The notes: generated by a model from the sequence alone, not told the origin. Shown: positions 10,409-23,656, counted from the whole stretch's first letter. The stretch is 62,660 bases of DNA, filler included, from Reclinomonas americana ATCC 50394 (GCA_048213135.1; 5 parts of 2 records of this genome joined end to end with filler, not necessarily neighbours in it); one strand, 5' to 3'. Program-made: numbers and translations.

Positions 10409-13297
10409 TTAGTACTTGGGTATCCGCAAGCCCACCGGGGACTGCGAGTGCGGCTCCAAAAAGTTGCCGTGCTGGTTCTCGAAGGCAGGCACACCAGGAG
10501 GCGGTGGTCTCACGTGGTGCTCGTCGCGCACATCCACTGGCGTGGCAGTGGAGCGGCGGTAGTTGTCGTCGCCGGTCACCGAGGTGGGTGACAGACTGGA
10601 CCGCGAGCTGTCCGACGACACCGACACCGCCGTGCTGTGCACCTGCAACTTGGCCGGCTTGCTGCCATCGCCCTGCCACACGGGGCTGCCAGTGCCGCCG
10701 TTGGTGGGCGACACTTGGCCAGGGCGCACATTCGTCGACCGACGATGCATGTCTTGCATCTCCAGGTCCTTGCCGCCCTTGGTGGTCGGAGTGAAGGCCT
10801 CGTCGGCGGCGAGACGCACGTGGTCCCATCGATCCCAACGCTTCGCACGCTTGTATCCAATGATACCGGTGATCACAGCCGCAATGAAGATAATGCCCAG
10901 CGCCAAGAAGGCCTCCCACAAAAAGTTGACGCCGTCACTGGAGAAAGAAGGTGAGTGAATTGAGAAGGGAGAGGGTGAGGAGGGTGAGGAGACGCAACAG
11001 AGCCGTGACGCAAAACTGCGACTTGATGTCGTTCCACGCGGCAGTAATGTAATCGCAGTTGATGATGGAGATGGCCTGCTGCAGCGCGTTGTTGAACGCG
11101 ACGGCCTGATCGTACTGCGTCTGCAGAGTCGACGGCAGCGTCTGGCCAGTCTTGTTCTGGTACAGCGTCGGCAGGTCCTTCCACGTGTCGATGGTGATGG
11201 TCAAGTTGACCGAGTTTTGCGACAGGTAGTTGTTGATGCTGGTGATGGCGTCGTTGAGGCCACTGTTGGCGGCGTCTTGCAGACTGGTGGTGCCTTGAGA
11301 GATCTGCGAAGAAGGACATGAGGTGGGTGAGATGCAGAGACGAAGGGAGGGAGAGGGAGGGAGAGGGAGGGAGAGGGAGGGTGAGGGAGGGTGAGGGAGG
11401 GTGAGGAAGGGAGAGCGAAGGGGGGGCGAAGGGGGAGGGAGGGGGAGGGAGGGAGAGGATGGGAGAGGGAGGGAGAGTGCAGCAGTAAACTGATTGAATG
11501 AGTGGAATGTAGCTACTGTGATGACTGTGAATGCGAAACCGCTATCATTTCTCTCTCTTCTAACACAGGCGGCGTGAGCAAGAATGGAAGAAGATCGCTT
11601 TTTCTCTGTTTTCTCTCTCTTTGGACACACACCGTAGAGCAATCCAGCAGCGAGTTCAGCGACTGCTGCACCTGCGAGCCTCCACTGAGATTGCTAATCT
11701 CCATGCACAGATCCGACGCTGCGTGCAACAAGGCGTTGAGTACAGGCGCCGCATTGTGGACAGNNNNNNNNNNNNNNNNNNNNNNNNNNNNNNNNNNNNN
11801 NNNNNNNNNNNNNNNNNNNNNNNNNNNNNNNNNNNNNNNNNNNNNNNNNNNNNNNNAATGCGCAGACGTCGCTCACCAAGTTCAGCACCACCATCAACGA
11901 CTGGCAGAGCAAGATCAGCCAGGTCGACACATTCCGGTTCGTTCGCCCCCATCTTGCGGTTCGTTCCACTTGCCAGTTCTGCTCACATTGGGGGTGCTTT
12001 ACAACACAGCAAGTGGTCGCTGAATGGGGCCTTTATCTTTGCCATTGTGCTGTCGGCACTTGGCATTCTGGCGTTCATCTTCCGCCAGAGCTGGATCGCC
12101 GCCATGTTGCGTCCATGTTTCTTTACGTGTCGAACAAACTGCCTTCTCACCCTACTTGATCTTCACAGTCTGGCGTGTCTCGGTTTCTTCAGTCTGTTCC
12201 TGATGTGGACGGCCACTGCCGTGCACTTCCCGCTCGGCCTTGTCGGTTTGTTTTTTCCTTTGATTTTTGTGTNNNNNNNNNNNNNNNNNNNNGTCAGCGC
12301 CTCGCTATCCGAAAACCCAGCCGTCGTTAGCTGCGCGACCATCTCGTTGACGGCCGCCTGCAGCTTGGTCACGAGGTCCTTGGGGATGGCGAGGAGGCTG
12401 GCGAGCGCAGTCGAGACCTTGTTGTTGCCGACATAGCCGACACCCGCGCACGCACCGACTCCCGCCGCACACACCAGCAACACAATCGCCGGCCCAATCA
12501 CCTGGCACTTGGTGTACGGCTCGTCGCGCAGCGGACCCGGGCAGCAGCAGTTCATCTGCGGCTTGCGTCCACCGCAGCACCGCCCACAGCAGCACCGGCA
12601 GAAGCAGAAGAACAGGCCAAAGAACGACCAAAACGCCGCCAGAATGAAGAACACGCCGAACCACATGGCAATCGAGATGAGATAGTCGGTGTTGGTCGGA
12701 TCAAACTTGGCAGGAACGGGTTTCAGACTGCAGCATGTATGAAAGGAGGGAGCCATTCAGTATCGATTTCTCTCTCTCTCTCTCCCAGTAGGTGTGTCCG
12801 CCACTGACTTTCTGTGTGTATGTTCTTCTCTGCTCTCTCTCTCTCTCAGCTCTCTGTCTGTCTCCACGACTGACCTCAGGTTCCACCGAGGCACCGCCTG
12901 CTGGAAATAGCGCAAAATGCTGCTGTTTGTGGCCAGCAGTTGCCTGGAGCCCGAGGGCGCAGAGGGCATCAGCAGCAGCGACTGTGCTGCGTGGAAGTCT
13001 CTCTCCAGAGTCGACATGCGCTCGGTGGCCCAGTGTTGTGCCAGGGAGAACACCGCCCAGGCCAACACGCACGCGATAAAGGCGATGCAGGCGTACACAA
13101 TCATCTGAGAGAGAGAGAGAGAGAGAGTGAGACAGAGAGAGAGAGAGAGAGAGAGACAGTGTGTGTGTGAGAGAGAGTGAGAGCGCAACTTGTGTGAAAT
13201 CGGTTGAGGGTGCGTCAGTGGTGCGCCGCCTCTTGTGTCGTGTGGTTGCAGATGTTGGTGAGACAAGCCCGCATATTGAGGTGGAGGGTGGTTGCAT
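10409..13297 (-). CDS. Tweety-family 5-TM protein; an internal piece (11857-12272) is inverted in the scaffold; start codon tentative
   Basis: PRWNLSLKPVPAKFDPTNTDY, Cys cluster CFCRCCC after TM1, GVGYVGNNKVS and ASDLC resemble TTYH motifs; long cytoplasmic tail. Confidence 0.7.
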
Positions 13298-14020
13298 GAT
13301 GTATAGGTATGTGCGTGTGTCTGAGTGTCTGTGTGTGTGGTCTTGGCGTGTGGCACGCGCGTGATTGTATATTGGTGTCGGATACGGAAATCGCGGCAAC
13401 GGCTTTTTCGATTCTTCCAGCGGTTCAGCGGTTTCTTGGAGGTGCAGAGTTCGCCCGAAGTTGTACTAGTGGTGACTGGGAGAGTGGGGCAGGCAGTTGT
13501 GGATTGAGGTGCGTGTGTGAGGAGGGAAACGGGGGTGGGTTTCGCGATCGGACACTTGTACATGGTGCGCATGTATTGCATGGTGTTGGACACACACACG
13601 TACTTGTGCAGCTGCGAAGCGGTTCACAGATGTAAACTTGAGATGCATAATTAGCACCACAGCTTGCAACTACGACGCCTCCACTGCTTTTGCTTTGCCT
13701 GCTTCACGGATCCGGACCCGGCTTTGCTTTGNNNNNNNNNNNNNNNNNNNNTCCGATATCGAAATCGCTGCGATATTTGCCATAGGTGACGCCTGCAGCA
13801 ACAACATGACCATAATGTACCAATGCTGCATTTACGTTCCTATAGGCCAACAACAGTCAATCATCTACATTCAAAGTACACATTATACAGTCATTTTTTT
13901 CGAATTCGTTTTTTTTGCTCTCAGCAGCGTCAGCCTGCAATTCACACAGCTGGCGACGCTGACGGCACGGCTCCTGTTGAGGCCGGCGAGTGTCTCCGCT
14001 GACATAACTCCACGGCGCGA

Positions 14021-15726
14021 TCACCAAACGTACTGCGTGCACAAGACCATCAGGAATACACAAATATCGAATATCGAACAAGGATCGATATCGGCGCCAC
14101 TCAACGTGAACCACTCCACTCCCACGTGCTTCAGCTGCTCGATAATGGCCGGTGAGCAGCTGTCCAGCGAAGCCAACTTGGGCGGAATCACCGAGTTCAC
14201 GCGCAGGAAGTCGTCGTCGAGCACCAGTTGCAGCTGCTGGTCAATCAGAGTTGTCTGCGCACAGTTCCGACAGTGTGAGCAACGACGCGCGCGACTGCAC
14301 CGACAGGCCTGTGACACACGCAACATCCATGAGAATGTCCAGCAGGCCGCTTTCGAGCCACTTGATCGCACCGAAGCGCTGCACACACATGGACTGAGTT
14401 ACCAACTTCTTTCGGATAATCGATATCACCTTCCTCCCATCTCTTTACCTGCGACGCGGGACCGGGAATGGGCTCCACGCACACTCCGGTGCCGACCGAT
14501 AAGATGATCACCGGCACATCGGGTCCGTACAGCTTGGCGGCCGTCACCATGGCCACCATGGCCGGCGAGTTGCACGTCACGCCACCATCGATACAAAATC
14601 TGCCGTCGCTGAGTTGTACAGTGGGGAAGTACGTCGGGGCCGCACTCGACGCGTCCGCGACCTCGGCCAGCCCCAGGCCGTGATCCACCGGCTGCACGCA
14701 GCACTGTCATGTGAGCTTCAACGATGGGACGATGACCACACTGAAGGAATGCAACGTTCAAGTTGGAGAACACCACCGACTGCCGATTCTCCACTGCAGG
14801 AGGGAGTGAGCACTCGTGCTTCTTCACAATCATCCTCGCTCATTTCACGCTCACCATCGTACGACATGGCCAGCACCACCTGCCACCATCACCGACACAC
14901 AGCCCACACAGAGTCAGCAGGAGAGGAATCTTTTCAAATCTGCAAGTCTACTCCGTTCACCTTGTCGGCCGGCACATCACCGAGCGTCGTGCCGCCCATT
15001 TGCTCCTCCAGCACCTGCCGCTTGCCGACGCCATTGTACTTGGGTTGGAACTCGAGCGGCAGAATGCGCTCCCACATTGATCGGTCAAAGATCCGGGCGC
15101 ACGATTCGTGGGAGTAGAGGGCGGCGAGTTTGGCGGCCGGCAGCTGCATGCCGCCGAGAGACAGCGTCTGGATGGCGCCGGTGGAGGTGCCGGCAAAAAT
15201 GTCAAAGAACTCACACAGTGGCTGGCCCAGCGCGGTCTCCAGCAGAGCCTGCGTGCATTTGTGCACCGCGAGTCAGTCTAGATCTGCAGTCGACAAGTTG
15301 AGGCGAAGTGCGTACCAGGAACTGTGCCGACGCAGCGCCACGCACACCACCACCATCCAACGACAGAATCCTGACGCAGCCGTGGCGCGGAACCGGCCGC
15401 CGACCCATGGCCGGGATCTCAAACACGCGCGGATGCTCGACCGACGACGGATGCACCGCCGGCAGGGCAGAGGAATCGGCCATGGCCTCGGCCACCTCAC
15501 TCGATCGCACAAACGTCCATCCGGCCTGCTGGGCACGCACCACTTCTTCCTCCTCGTCCTCTTCCTCTTCCTCTTCCACCACTACCGCTTCCTCGCGATC
15601 GCCACCGCGATCAATCACTCGCGTCGCATCGACAATCTCCACAGCGACCGCTGGATCCGGCGACAACTGCGTCGCAGCAGCAAAGAATGTGAGCACCTCC
15701 TCCTCCTCCTCTCTTCTCGTGTACAT
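14021..15726 (-). CDS. Patatin-like phospholipase
   Basis: RILSLDGGGVRG, FDIFAGTSTG, ASSAAPTYF, IDGGV..NSP and ILSVGTG motifs. The 3' end is approximate. Confidence 0.9.
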
Positions 15727-16204
15727 ATCGCAGTGAGGGGAGGGAATATAAAAAAAAGAACGGGGGGAAGACGGGAAAAAAAAAGGCGCTGATTGTGATC
15801 GGTCTCGCGCGCCAACAAAGCTCAATGAGACAACAATCGATATAGACGCGACGCCACGTGTTCACGTGCCACCACAGATAGTGCGTGCGTGAGAGTAGAG
15901 CACAAGGACACACAAGAGGCGATGGACGAGCGATCACTGTGCCTCTGTCTGACTGTGTGTGTGAACCTGTTGGTCAGTGCGCGGAAGATCCGTTGGCTGT
16001 GTCGTCGCGGACCACGAGATGCCCATCGATCACAAACACGCTGACAACGACGAGGGAACACTGGAACGATCGGTAGAAGCGAAAGAAAGCGATAGCACTC
16101 CTCTCTCTCGTGTGCTGTGTGAGAGTTGACTTCTCCAACCGGCAAATCAACGGGATCTCGGAATCTTGTCCGACGCGATCTGGGACAGCTCTTTCATTCC
16201 GTCT

Positions 16205-17773
16205 CTAGTTCGTGGCCTCCTCCTCGGCACCCGTACCAATGGTCTCATGCAGTGCCTCAAGTGCCTCGCGGACATGGTGGCGCTCCATGAGGCAGGCGAT
16301 TGTGTCGCTCATCTCGCGCAAATTGAACTCGTGTCGTGTGCCTTCGAGCATCGACTTCAGGCGCTGATAGCCGTGCGCCATGCCACACACCAGGTCGACG
16401 CCGTAGAGGCCCAGCGTCAGTGCAAAGTCGAGCCGCAGACGCGTCAGTGTGAGTGAGTGGTGCGGGTGCTCGGAGGTCGACAGTGTTGCGTCGGCCACGT
16501 TCCACTCGCGAACGTACTCGGCCAGCAGTCGCTCCTCCAGCTCCTCGCTCAGTGGATTGATGGTGGCCAGATAGTACATCAGGTCGTACGTGCTGCAGTA
16601 ACCAGTGAGACTCGCGCAATGGGAGGGACGGAAGGAAAAGACGCACGGATTGCCAATGCTATAGGCCTGCCAGTCAATGAGCAGCGCCTCGACCTCCTCC
16701 TCGGTCTCGCTGCTGGCCATGGCTGGCACAAAGAGCACATTGTCGGGCCGCGGATCCACGTGGATGAGCGTGGTGGCCTTTGGCCGATTGAGGTAGTCGT
16801 ACACGTTCTGCCACAGTTCCGAGTCGTCGGCCAGCACCTTCAGCAGCGACATCACAGTGGCGATAATGTGTGGCTGCGTGGCTCCGTGAATGTCGGCCAG
16901 GTCGCTGTGTGTGGGGGAAGAGTGAGTGGCAACGGCAAGGGGTGAAGTGGTGGAGGTGGCAGTGAAGACCTTGGAGCCTGCTTGACGTGCGCCAAGAACG
17001 CTTCCAGTCGCGTGACGGCGGTGCCATCGTCGCGATTACGCACTGGCGGGCCACCCTCCGTTACACGATCCACAAACGGCTCGTCACTGAGCAGCTTGCC
17101 ATGCCGATGCGCGCCCTGCCAGCGCGCATGCAGGAGCGCCAGCGATCGCATCACCGCCAAATGCTCATCGACACTCAAACCGGCGCGCTGATCGCCCACA
17201 TGCGCACCACCGCGCGACTTGACCACATCCTCCAGCACCAGCGTGAACTCATGCGTCGTCGGATCCCACGCATACGCCCACAGACCCGGCTGCGGCAGAC
17301 CCACCGTCTCCGGAAGAATGTGCAAGTAGGCCAGCATCTCGCGCGCATACGCGTTGCACTTGAGCATCATTGAGTGCATCGGTGGGTTGCTCAGCTTGAC
17401 AAACACCGCGTGTGGATGCTCGTGCTGATCGCCACCCGCGTCCCAGTCAAGCTCCACTGAGCGAGTGATGCCGCCGATGCCGCAGATCTCTGTTCGAACA
17501 CCAAGATTCTCTGTGAACTTCGCATGCACAGGAGAGAGAAGAAAGGGAGAGAGAACGCGTACCTGCAGCGGGTGCCAGATGCACCGCACGAAGATGCGCA
17601 TCGTCGGCGAATACATAGTCGCGCATCCACTCGAGTGTGACCTCGTCGAGCGACTTTACGACGGGCACAGCGCGACGTGGAAATGTGCTGCTAATGGCGT
17701 ACTTGTACGAGCGGTGCAGGTGGCGGTGAGAGTGTGAGTGCGCGAGGGCGGAGGGTGCGTGGTGCTCGCTCAT
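16205..17773 (-). CDS. APH/choline/ecdysteroid-kinase-like phosphotransferase
   Basis: VFVKLS, YAREM..Y, LVLEDV, LALLHA, TLIHVDPRPDNVLF, LIDWQ and YDLMYY motifs. Confidence 0.85.
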
Positions 17774-18078
17774 GGGTGGAAGGAGAAAGGGAGGATGATG
17801 CGAATATTTGTGAAGTTGTAGAGAGGACGTGATTGCAATCATCGTCCCACTCAAGAACGAGCTCGAAGGCAAGATGGGTGAGTGGAGTGTGTGTGTGAGA
17901 GAGAGAGAGAGACACGCAGAGAAACGGAGAAAGACTCGTGCAATCTGCATTTGTGACATGCACTTCAGCGCAACTCCTTCTCTCCTCTCACACACTCGCT
18001 GTCTCTCTCTTCTCTCTCTCTATTCTCTCTCTCATTCTCTCTCTTGTGTTTTCTTGTTTGTTTACAGATCGTCGCGGT

Positions 18079-18184
18079 ATGAAACGGTCTCGTTCAAGAT
18101 CGCCCACTGATGACGCGTCTTCGCGAGAGGTGAAACGTGCGCGCCCGCGCTCCTCGCGCTCTCGTTCGCGTTCTCCAGTGAGAA
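18079..18184 (+). CDS. Exon encoding an RS-rich peptide (gene truncated by contig end)
   Basis: MKRSRSRSPTDDASSREVKRARPRSSRSRSRSPVR followed by a GTTGCG donor. Confidence 0.45.
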
Positions 18185-18402
18185 GTTGCGTAACATACTA
18201 AGAGAGAGAGAGAGAGGAGGGAGAGAGGAGGAGGGGAGATAGAGAAGAGAAGAGAGAATGAGAGGCAACACACCTTGACACACACACACACACACATACA
18301 CACACACACACACACAGAGAGAGGAGAGAGAGAGCGAGAGAGTAGAGGACGGAGAGTGGAGACGACAACACTATCGTGGACTCACACACACACACACACA
18401 AC

Positions 18403-18442
<40 letters not shown>

Positions 18443-18542
18443 NNNNNNNNNNNNNNNNNNNNNNNNNNNNNNNNNNNNNNNNNNNNTTAATTAATTAANN
18501 NNNNNNNNNNNNNNNNNNNNNNNNNNNNNNNNNNNNNNNNNN
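18443..18542. other. Artificial contig linker (44N-TTAATTAATTAA-44N)
   Basis: Six-frame-stop spacer; an identical structure occurs four times. Confidence 0.95.
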
Positions 18543-19294
18543 GTGCTTCGCTCTTTGCGCAACTCCACTTTGTTCTGTGCTTCTCATTCTCTCGTTCTCT
18601 TACTCTCACTGTACCCTCCATTACCTTGCACGACCCTGCTCTCCCTCCCTCTCTCTCCCACCCTGTTTCACTCTTTCTCTCTGCAGTTCTCATTCTCTGT
18701 GCGCTGCGCTCGCCACTCCTCTCTCATCCCCTTCTCCTCCCACTCTCCTCCCCTTCTCTTCGCTCACCAAGATCCGCCTGCAACTGCTCACGCTTCTGTC
18801 GCTCATGATGGCGTTCCTCCAGAGTCCTCTGTGGAAACACACACACAATCAGAGACACACACACACTCTCTCTCTCACACAGCACATCACGCAACTCCAT
18901 CATTCATCGCTGAGTGAGAGAGAGAAACACAGAAAGAGAGAGTGAGTGTGATTGATATTGAGCAGTTTATCTCTCTCTCTTTTTTTTCACTCTCTTTGCT
19001 CACCAGCAAGTGCATTCATAAAGCGACCTTCTCCTCGCGGGTTTGTCGTGGAGACTGCGTGTGAGGTGTCATCGCCACCAAAGATGTTGAATGACTGATT
19101 GTGGTGGTGATACGACTGTGAGAGAGAGAGAGAGTGAGTGACTGAGTGAGAGAGTGACAGAGAGTGTACGCACTGGGCGATCAGGTGAGCGACGCGACAT
19201 GCTTGACACAAGTGTTCACTGAGTGAGTGTTTAATTTGGCGCCAAAATGTGTCCTGTTTCCTTCGACGTTTCTTCCTTTGTTTCGTAAGGTTCT

Positions 19295-19365
19295 CTGCAA
19301 GTACTCGGTCCTTGCGCGTATGCCATGGTACGAAAACTCGGTGGTTCGAATGCACCGCTTGCAGT
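19295..19365 (+). ncRNA. Degenerate tRNA-like cloverleaf (pseudo-tRNA or tRNA-derived element)
   Basis: 7-bp CTGCAAG/CTTGCAG outer stem, T8A9, CGTAT/GTACG stem around GCCATG, and CGGTG/CACCG stem around GTTCGAATG. D-stem is poor and loop sizes are non-standard. Confidence 0.3.
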
Positions 19366-19416
19366 TATAACCTGCTGCAAACGCAATGGTAATCCTTGAT
19401 CTCATGACGGATCCTG

Positions 19417-20862
19417 TCAGCGCACAGGCGTGGACGCCTGTGCGCTGAGGGGACTGCTACTCGGTCCGGCGACCGTGTTCTGCGCACCGATGCTTGGGGT
19501 CGCCGTCGTCTCTTGCGCACTCGAGGGGAGTGTTGCAGCCGACCTCGGTGCGCTGGACGCTGGCCGAGTAGGCACCGCAGCCGACTTCGGCGCAGTGGGA
19601 GGCGTGGTGGACGTTGACTGAGCAGCGCCACTCGGGGCCGTTTGTGTCCCCGGTGCCGCCGCGGTAGCTGGGCTCTTCGCACCATCGCCAGCTGCAGTCT
19701 TTTGCGCTCGCTGAGTACTGCCACTCGCCGAGGTAGTCGGCTTCTGTGCGCCACTGTCTTGGCTCCTCGTCTTCCCACGTCTGACTAGCCCCGGTTCGTC
19801 TGGCGCAAAGGTAACACGCGCGATCTTCTCCGCGGGCGCCTCGTCGCCGTCCGCCATCATCTCCACGACATCAGCGCTGTCACCGCTCACGTCCGTGGAG
19901 GTATCTTCATTGTCGTCGTCAGTGCACTCCTCGCCCTCGCTGTCACCGGAGCCGATGATGCGGTGGAGGCCCTTCTTTCCCAGGTACTGCATCGCGCGCT
20001 TCGCCGCATCAGGCATGGTGCGAGCGAATACGTCGACGTCGCCGTCGCCCTTGGACATGCAGCGGCATGCGCAGGTCTTGTGAGCATCGGCAGAGATGTT
20101 GACTGCCTCGTCGGGGAGGTATGTCTTCGGCGGATCAGCGCCGTAGCGGCCGGGGTCATTCATGACGTGGATGGTGCAGTCCCAGCCGTCGCCGTCGATC
20201 CCGACACACACCGGGCGTGATCCGCGACCCGTTGGTGCGTAGACGAACAGGAGCACGCGGTCACTGAGTTTCAGCACGCTCATCGGGATGCGCCGCGCAC
20301 AATGTCAGAGCACACACACACACACACACGCGGGGCGGGGCGAGGTCCTCGTGCACTCACCAGCTTGACTCTCTCATCTTCCTCGTCGTCGGAGTCCAGG
20401 TCCTTATACAGCGCGTAACACGCCATCGCCACCTTCACTGGATGGTCGAGCTTGACGAGAATTGCCTTGAACTGTTGATCAGACTTGAGTTTCACCGATC
20501 GCGAGGCTGAGTGTGGGAGATTGATGACTTGTCAACGCAGACATTCCTCTTTGGCCAGTGGCTGAAAGGGCACGGCACGAGAGCATCATCGACAATGCTG
20601 TAGACTTCTGCAACGCCTGCCATTCGAGGTATGCACACACGCCAACGCGAGAGCGATCGACAGCAAATAGACGCACGCGAGCAGATCCCTCCCGCGCTGG
20701 ACGAAGAATTCTGGTCAGTCTTTCACGGGAGAGGACGCGTACCTGTGCGTCAGTCACGTCTCGCACGTAGCGTCCCCGCGCGAGGAGCTTCACGGTAAGT
20801 ATGCTAGAAATAGAGAGACGGTATGCAGTCGCAGACTCACTCGGCGTCCTTTCTGTCTCCAT
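19417..20862 (-). CDS. Hypothetical multi-exon protein with acidic and low-complexity C-terminus
   Basis: 288-codon terminal ORF plus upstream coding-like exons ending in GTGAGT/GTACGC donors; no family recognised. Confidence 0.5.
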
Positions 20863-20863
20863 A

Positions 20864-21064
20864 CCACCATGTTACCAGAGGTCCCTCCTCACTGTTCACG
20901 CACTGTGTGCCGTCGGCGGAGGTGACGGTGGGCGTGTGTGTGTGACTGACTGAGATTTCCTGATTGTGTGCACGTCGCCGGCGTCCACTCTCTCCGTGCC
21001 ACCATGTTGCCAGAGGTCTCCCCTCACTGTCCATGCGCTGAGTACCGTCGGCGGAGGTGACGGT
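20864..21064. repeat. Imperfect ~66-bp direct repeat, 2 copies (~20864-20929, ~20999-21064)
   Basis: ccaccatgttRccagaggtc...cctcactgt...ccgtcggcggaggtgacggt present twice. Confidence 0.85.
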
Positions 21065-21395
21065 ACACACAACACGGACCCACAAGTAGTGAACATCGTC
21101 CTTTTCATTGCCCGTCGCTCGCTATTCTCTCCGTGTCTTCATATCGCCGTACGTAACTTCCGTATCACGTGCGAGTAATGACTGCTTCACAGAGTTGTAA
21201 TAAGTGTGTCATTTGACGTCGCACGCTCGGCGGCGAGAGTGACACTGACCGATCGGTTCGCGGACACTGTCACCAACAATCCGTGCCTTGTTTCGCAGGG
21301 CCTTGGTAAGCATTAGCTTAACTCGGTCCTCAGTCTCCTCGTCGGGGGGCGGGCCGCGCCCATTGTGCAGGAAGTCGAAAAGCCAAGCAGCGGCT

Positions 21396-21887
21396 TCAGC
21401 AGGGAAGTGAGTTCTCCAGAATCGATATCATGATACGATGGAGCATACCCCTTACTGCATTTGTCTTGGTTCCAACCAGTGTATGATGTAGCGCAGCCCG
21501 CAGCACCGCATCATACTTCTGATCGCGCGGCTTCCGCTCAATGCCGTCGACCTCAATCATCTGTCCGTTCCCAATGACGATGGTGCACCTGCATGCGGCA
21601 CAGAGCGCGTCGAGGTACGATGACGCACTCGATGGCGTCTCATCTTCAATCTGCGTGGTGGTCGTCGCCTCGTGCAGTGGTACTTGCACCTCGCTGCGTA
21701 GGATCGCCTCCAACCCATCCACATCCTGCCGCAAATCCGCGGCGAGTCTCTCCACCACTTCTAGCCTCGCGCGCATCTTGTCGAGCGTTTCGCGGAGGCG
21801 TGCCCTCGTCTCATCGTCGAGTCGTCTACACGACGAGAGAGAGAACGAGAATGACCACTGCAAATCCCCGTCGTCGTCGTCGTTCAT
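21396..21887 (-). CDS. Hypothetical protein with coiled-coil segment
   Basis: 163-aa ORF with heptad-like RARLRETLDKMRARLEVVERLAADLRQDVDGLEAIL. Confidence 0.4.
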   Translation of the reverse strand: MNDDDDGDLQWSFSFSLSSCRRLDDETRARLRETLDKMRARLEVVERLAADLRQDVDGLEAILRSEVQVPLHEATTTTQIEDETPSSASSYLDALCAACRCTIVIGNGQMIEVDGIERKPRDQKYDAVLRAALHHTLVGTKTNAVRGMLHRIMISILENSLPC

Positions 21888-22136
21888 TGCGGCAAATTCG
21901 ACGTCAAATTCGAGGAACCTAGATCTAACCTAGGTTGGACAGGACAGACGCGATTTCTTGCTGGCACTGCGCGCACAGGAAGCCAGGGGCGACATCACCA
22001 AGGTCAGCCAGCAATCACAAACATACGAGGGAGTAAGGCTGCACTATGTTCATGCTGCCGCGCACCGCGGTATTCAGGTACGTTGTCGGTGCGTTCTGCG
22101 CGTCTCACTTGCCCGAACTGAGCTCTCAGCAGATGT

Positions 22137-23656
22137 ATGCGTACGCTCACGACTGGGAACGCACCGAGACCACCAGTCTCCTGCAGAACGACGAGGAGGG
22201 CTGACCTGGAAAGCCTCGTGCCATCTCATCGCAAGCCGTCGGAAGCAGAGGACTCGATCACACGGACAGAGCGGCTGGTGCAGCTGATGTTCGACACGAT
22301 ACCGCCTCAAGAGCCGCCGCCGCTACCTCTATGGGACTTCCCTGGTCACCGCGAGATTGCCACTTGTCTGGTAGACATGGCAGCGAGCTTGCAGGCCGGT
22401 CGCTACGTCGGGCAGCACGGCATCAACTCCGTGACGATCGTCGGTGCCAAGGGCATGGGTAAGACGACCACCATCGCCCGCTTCGTCGAGCTATGCCCCG
22501 CACTCTTCGAGGATATCATTCCGGTCTACGTCAGCTTCGAGAGTGTCAAAGGCGTTGCCAAGACGCCGAACCTTATTCCGCGGCTCCTGGCCTGGGGACT
22601 GGCAGAGAACGGCATCGCCGTGGAGTGCGAGCCTGATACCGAGCTGTCGCTATTTGACATCCGGCGCACGCTCTACTCTGTGAATAAGTTTGCATTCCTT
22701 GCCGTGGATGAACTTGACCAGGTGTGTGGTAACCATCACCGAAAATGACATATCGCACGAATGTAGACCCACACAGCCCCGTGCCGCAGGTGTACACACT
22801 ACCAGCGACAGCCACCAATGCGCGCGATATACTCGACGACCTCGCTTCCGTTGCCGGAGACAGCGACATTGAGTACAGTGGTCGCTTGGCCATCGCAGTG
22901 TGTGGGTCCTCGTCAGCGTTGCCGGCGCTCATCTCGAAGAACGCTGTGCATCTTCCGTCGCTCGTGGCGGAATACCCACTACTTGCGAATTGCCCCAATC
23001 TCAACGGCTCCAAGTTCCCTTCCAAGCGTGTCGGGAGCGTCACGATGGTCGATGACGATGCGGTTAGACTGATGATCGGCAAGGACTGTGATCTGGGTAT
23101 TGCGAGAGCCATACTCTTTATGACCGGCGGATCGCCACGCCTTGTCGGGCAGGCAATCAGCCGCAAGGCCGGATCGCTGGACGGGGTTCTGGAGGCAATG
23201 ACGGGCAACCGCACCATGGTGGATCCACTGTTAAAGACCGTGTACGACACCATCGTGAAGATGTTCGTGAAGAATAACTTGGCCGTCATCAAGAGCCTCG
23301 TCGACGACTCCGGCATCAATTGGGATGCCGTGGAGAAGGGCGACTGGACGCAAGCGCTGAGCGCCGTCAATGTCGAAGACGTGGTGAGGACCTTGTCGGC
23401 GGATCTCAGTGTGTCTGATCCCCTCTTCAAGGAGCGGGTGAGTGTCGCCATCTTGCGTTTGCACGATGGCACGTGGGTCACCATCGACGGCGCCGCGCTC
23501 GGACGGCCATCCACAGTGTATCCAGGCTCTATGTACGCCGCTGTCTTGGCCCACCTGGCGCCGAAGCCAAAAATAATAGAGATACTGAAGAAGAGTGCGT
23601 TGGCTACAATCAAGAAATACGTACAGAATCCAGATAAGGCGTTGAGCGCGCTCTGA
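22137..23656 (+). CDS. P-loop NTPase (AAA/STAND-like); start uncertain
   Basis: Walker A IVGAKGMGKTT and Walker B FLAVDELDQ; an intron at ~22722-22789 joins DQ|VYTLP in frame; downstream VCGSSSALP and MTGGSPRLV motifs. Confidence 0.8.

Noticed and set aside
19295-19365. Functional tRNA-Met or hammerhead ribozyme
   Set aside because: It has a 6-nt anticodon loop, no D-stem and no G53-C61 pair, and there is no CUGANGA core.
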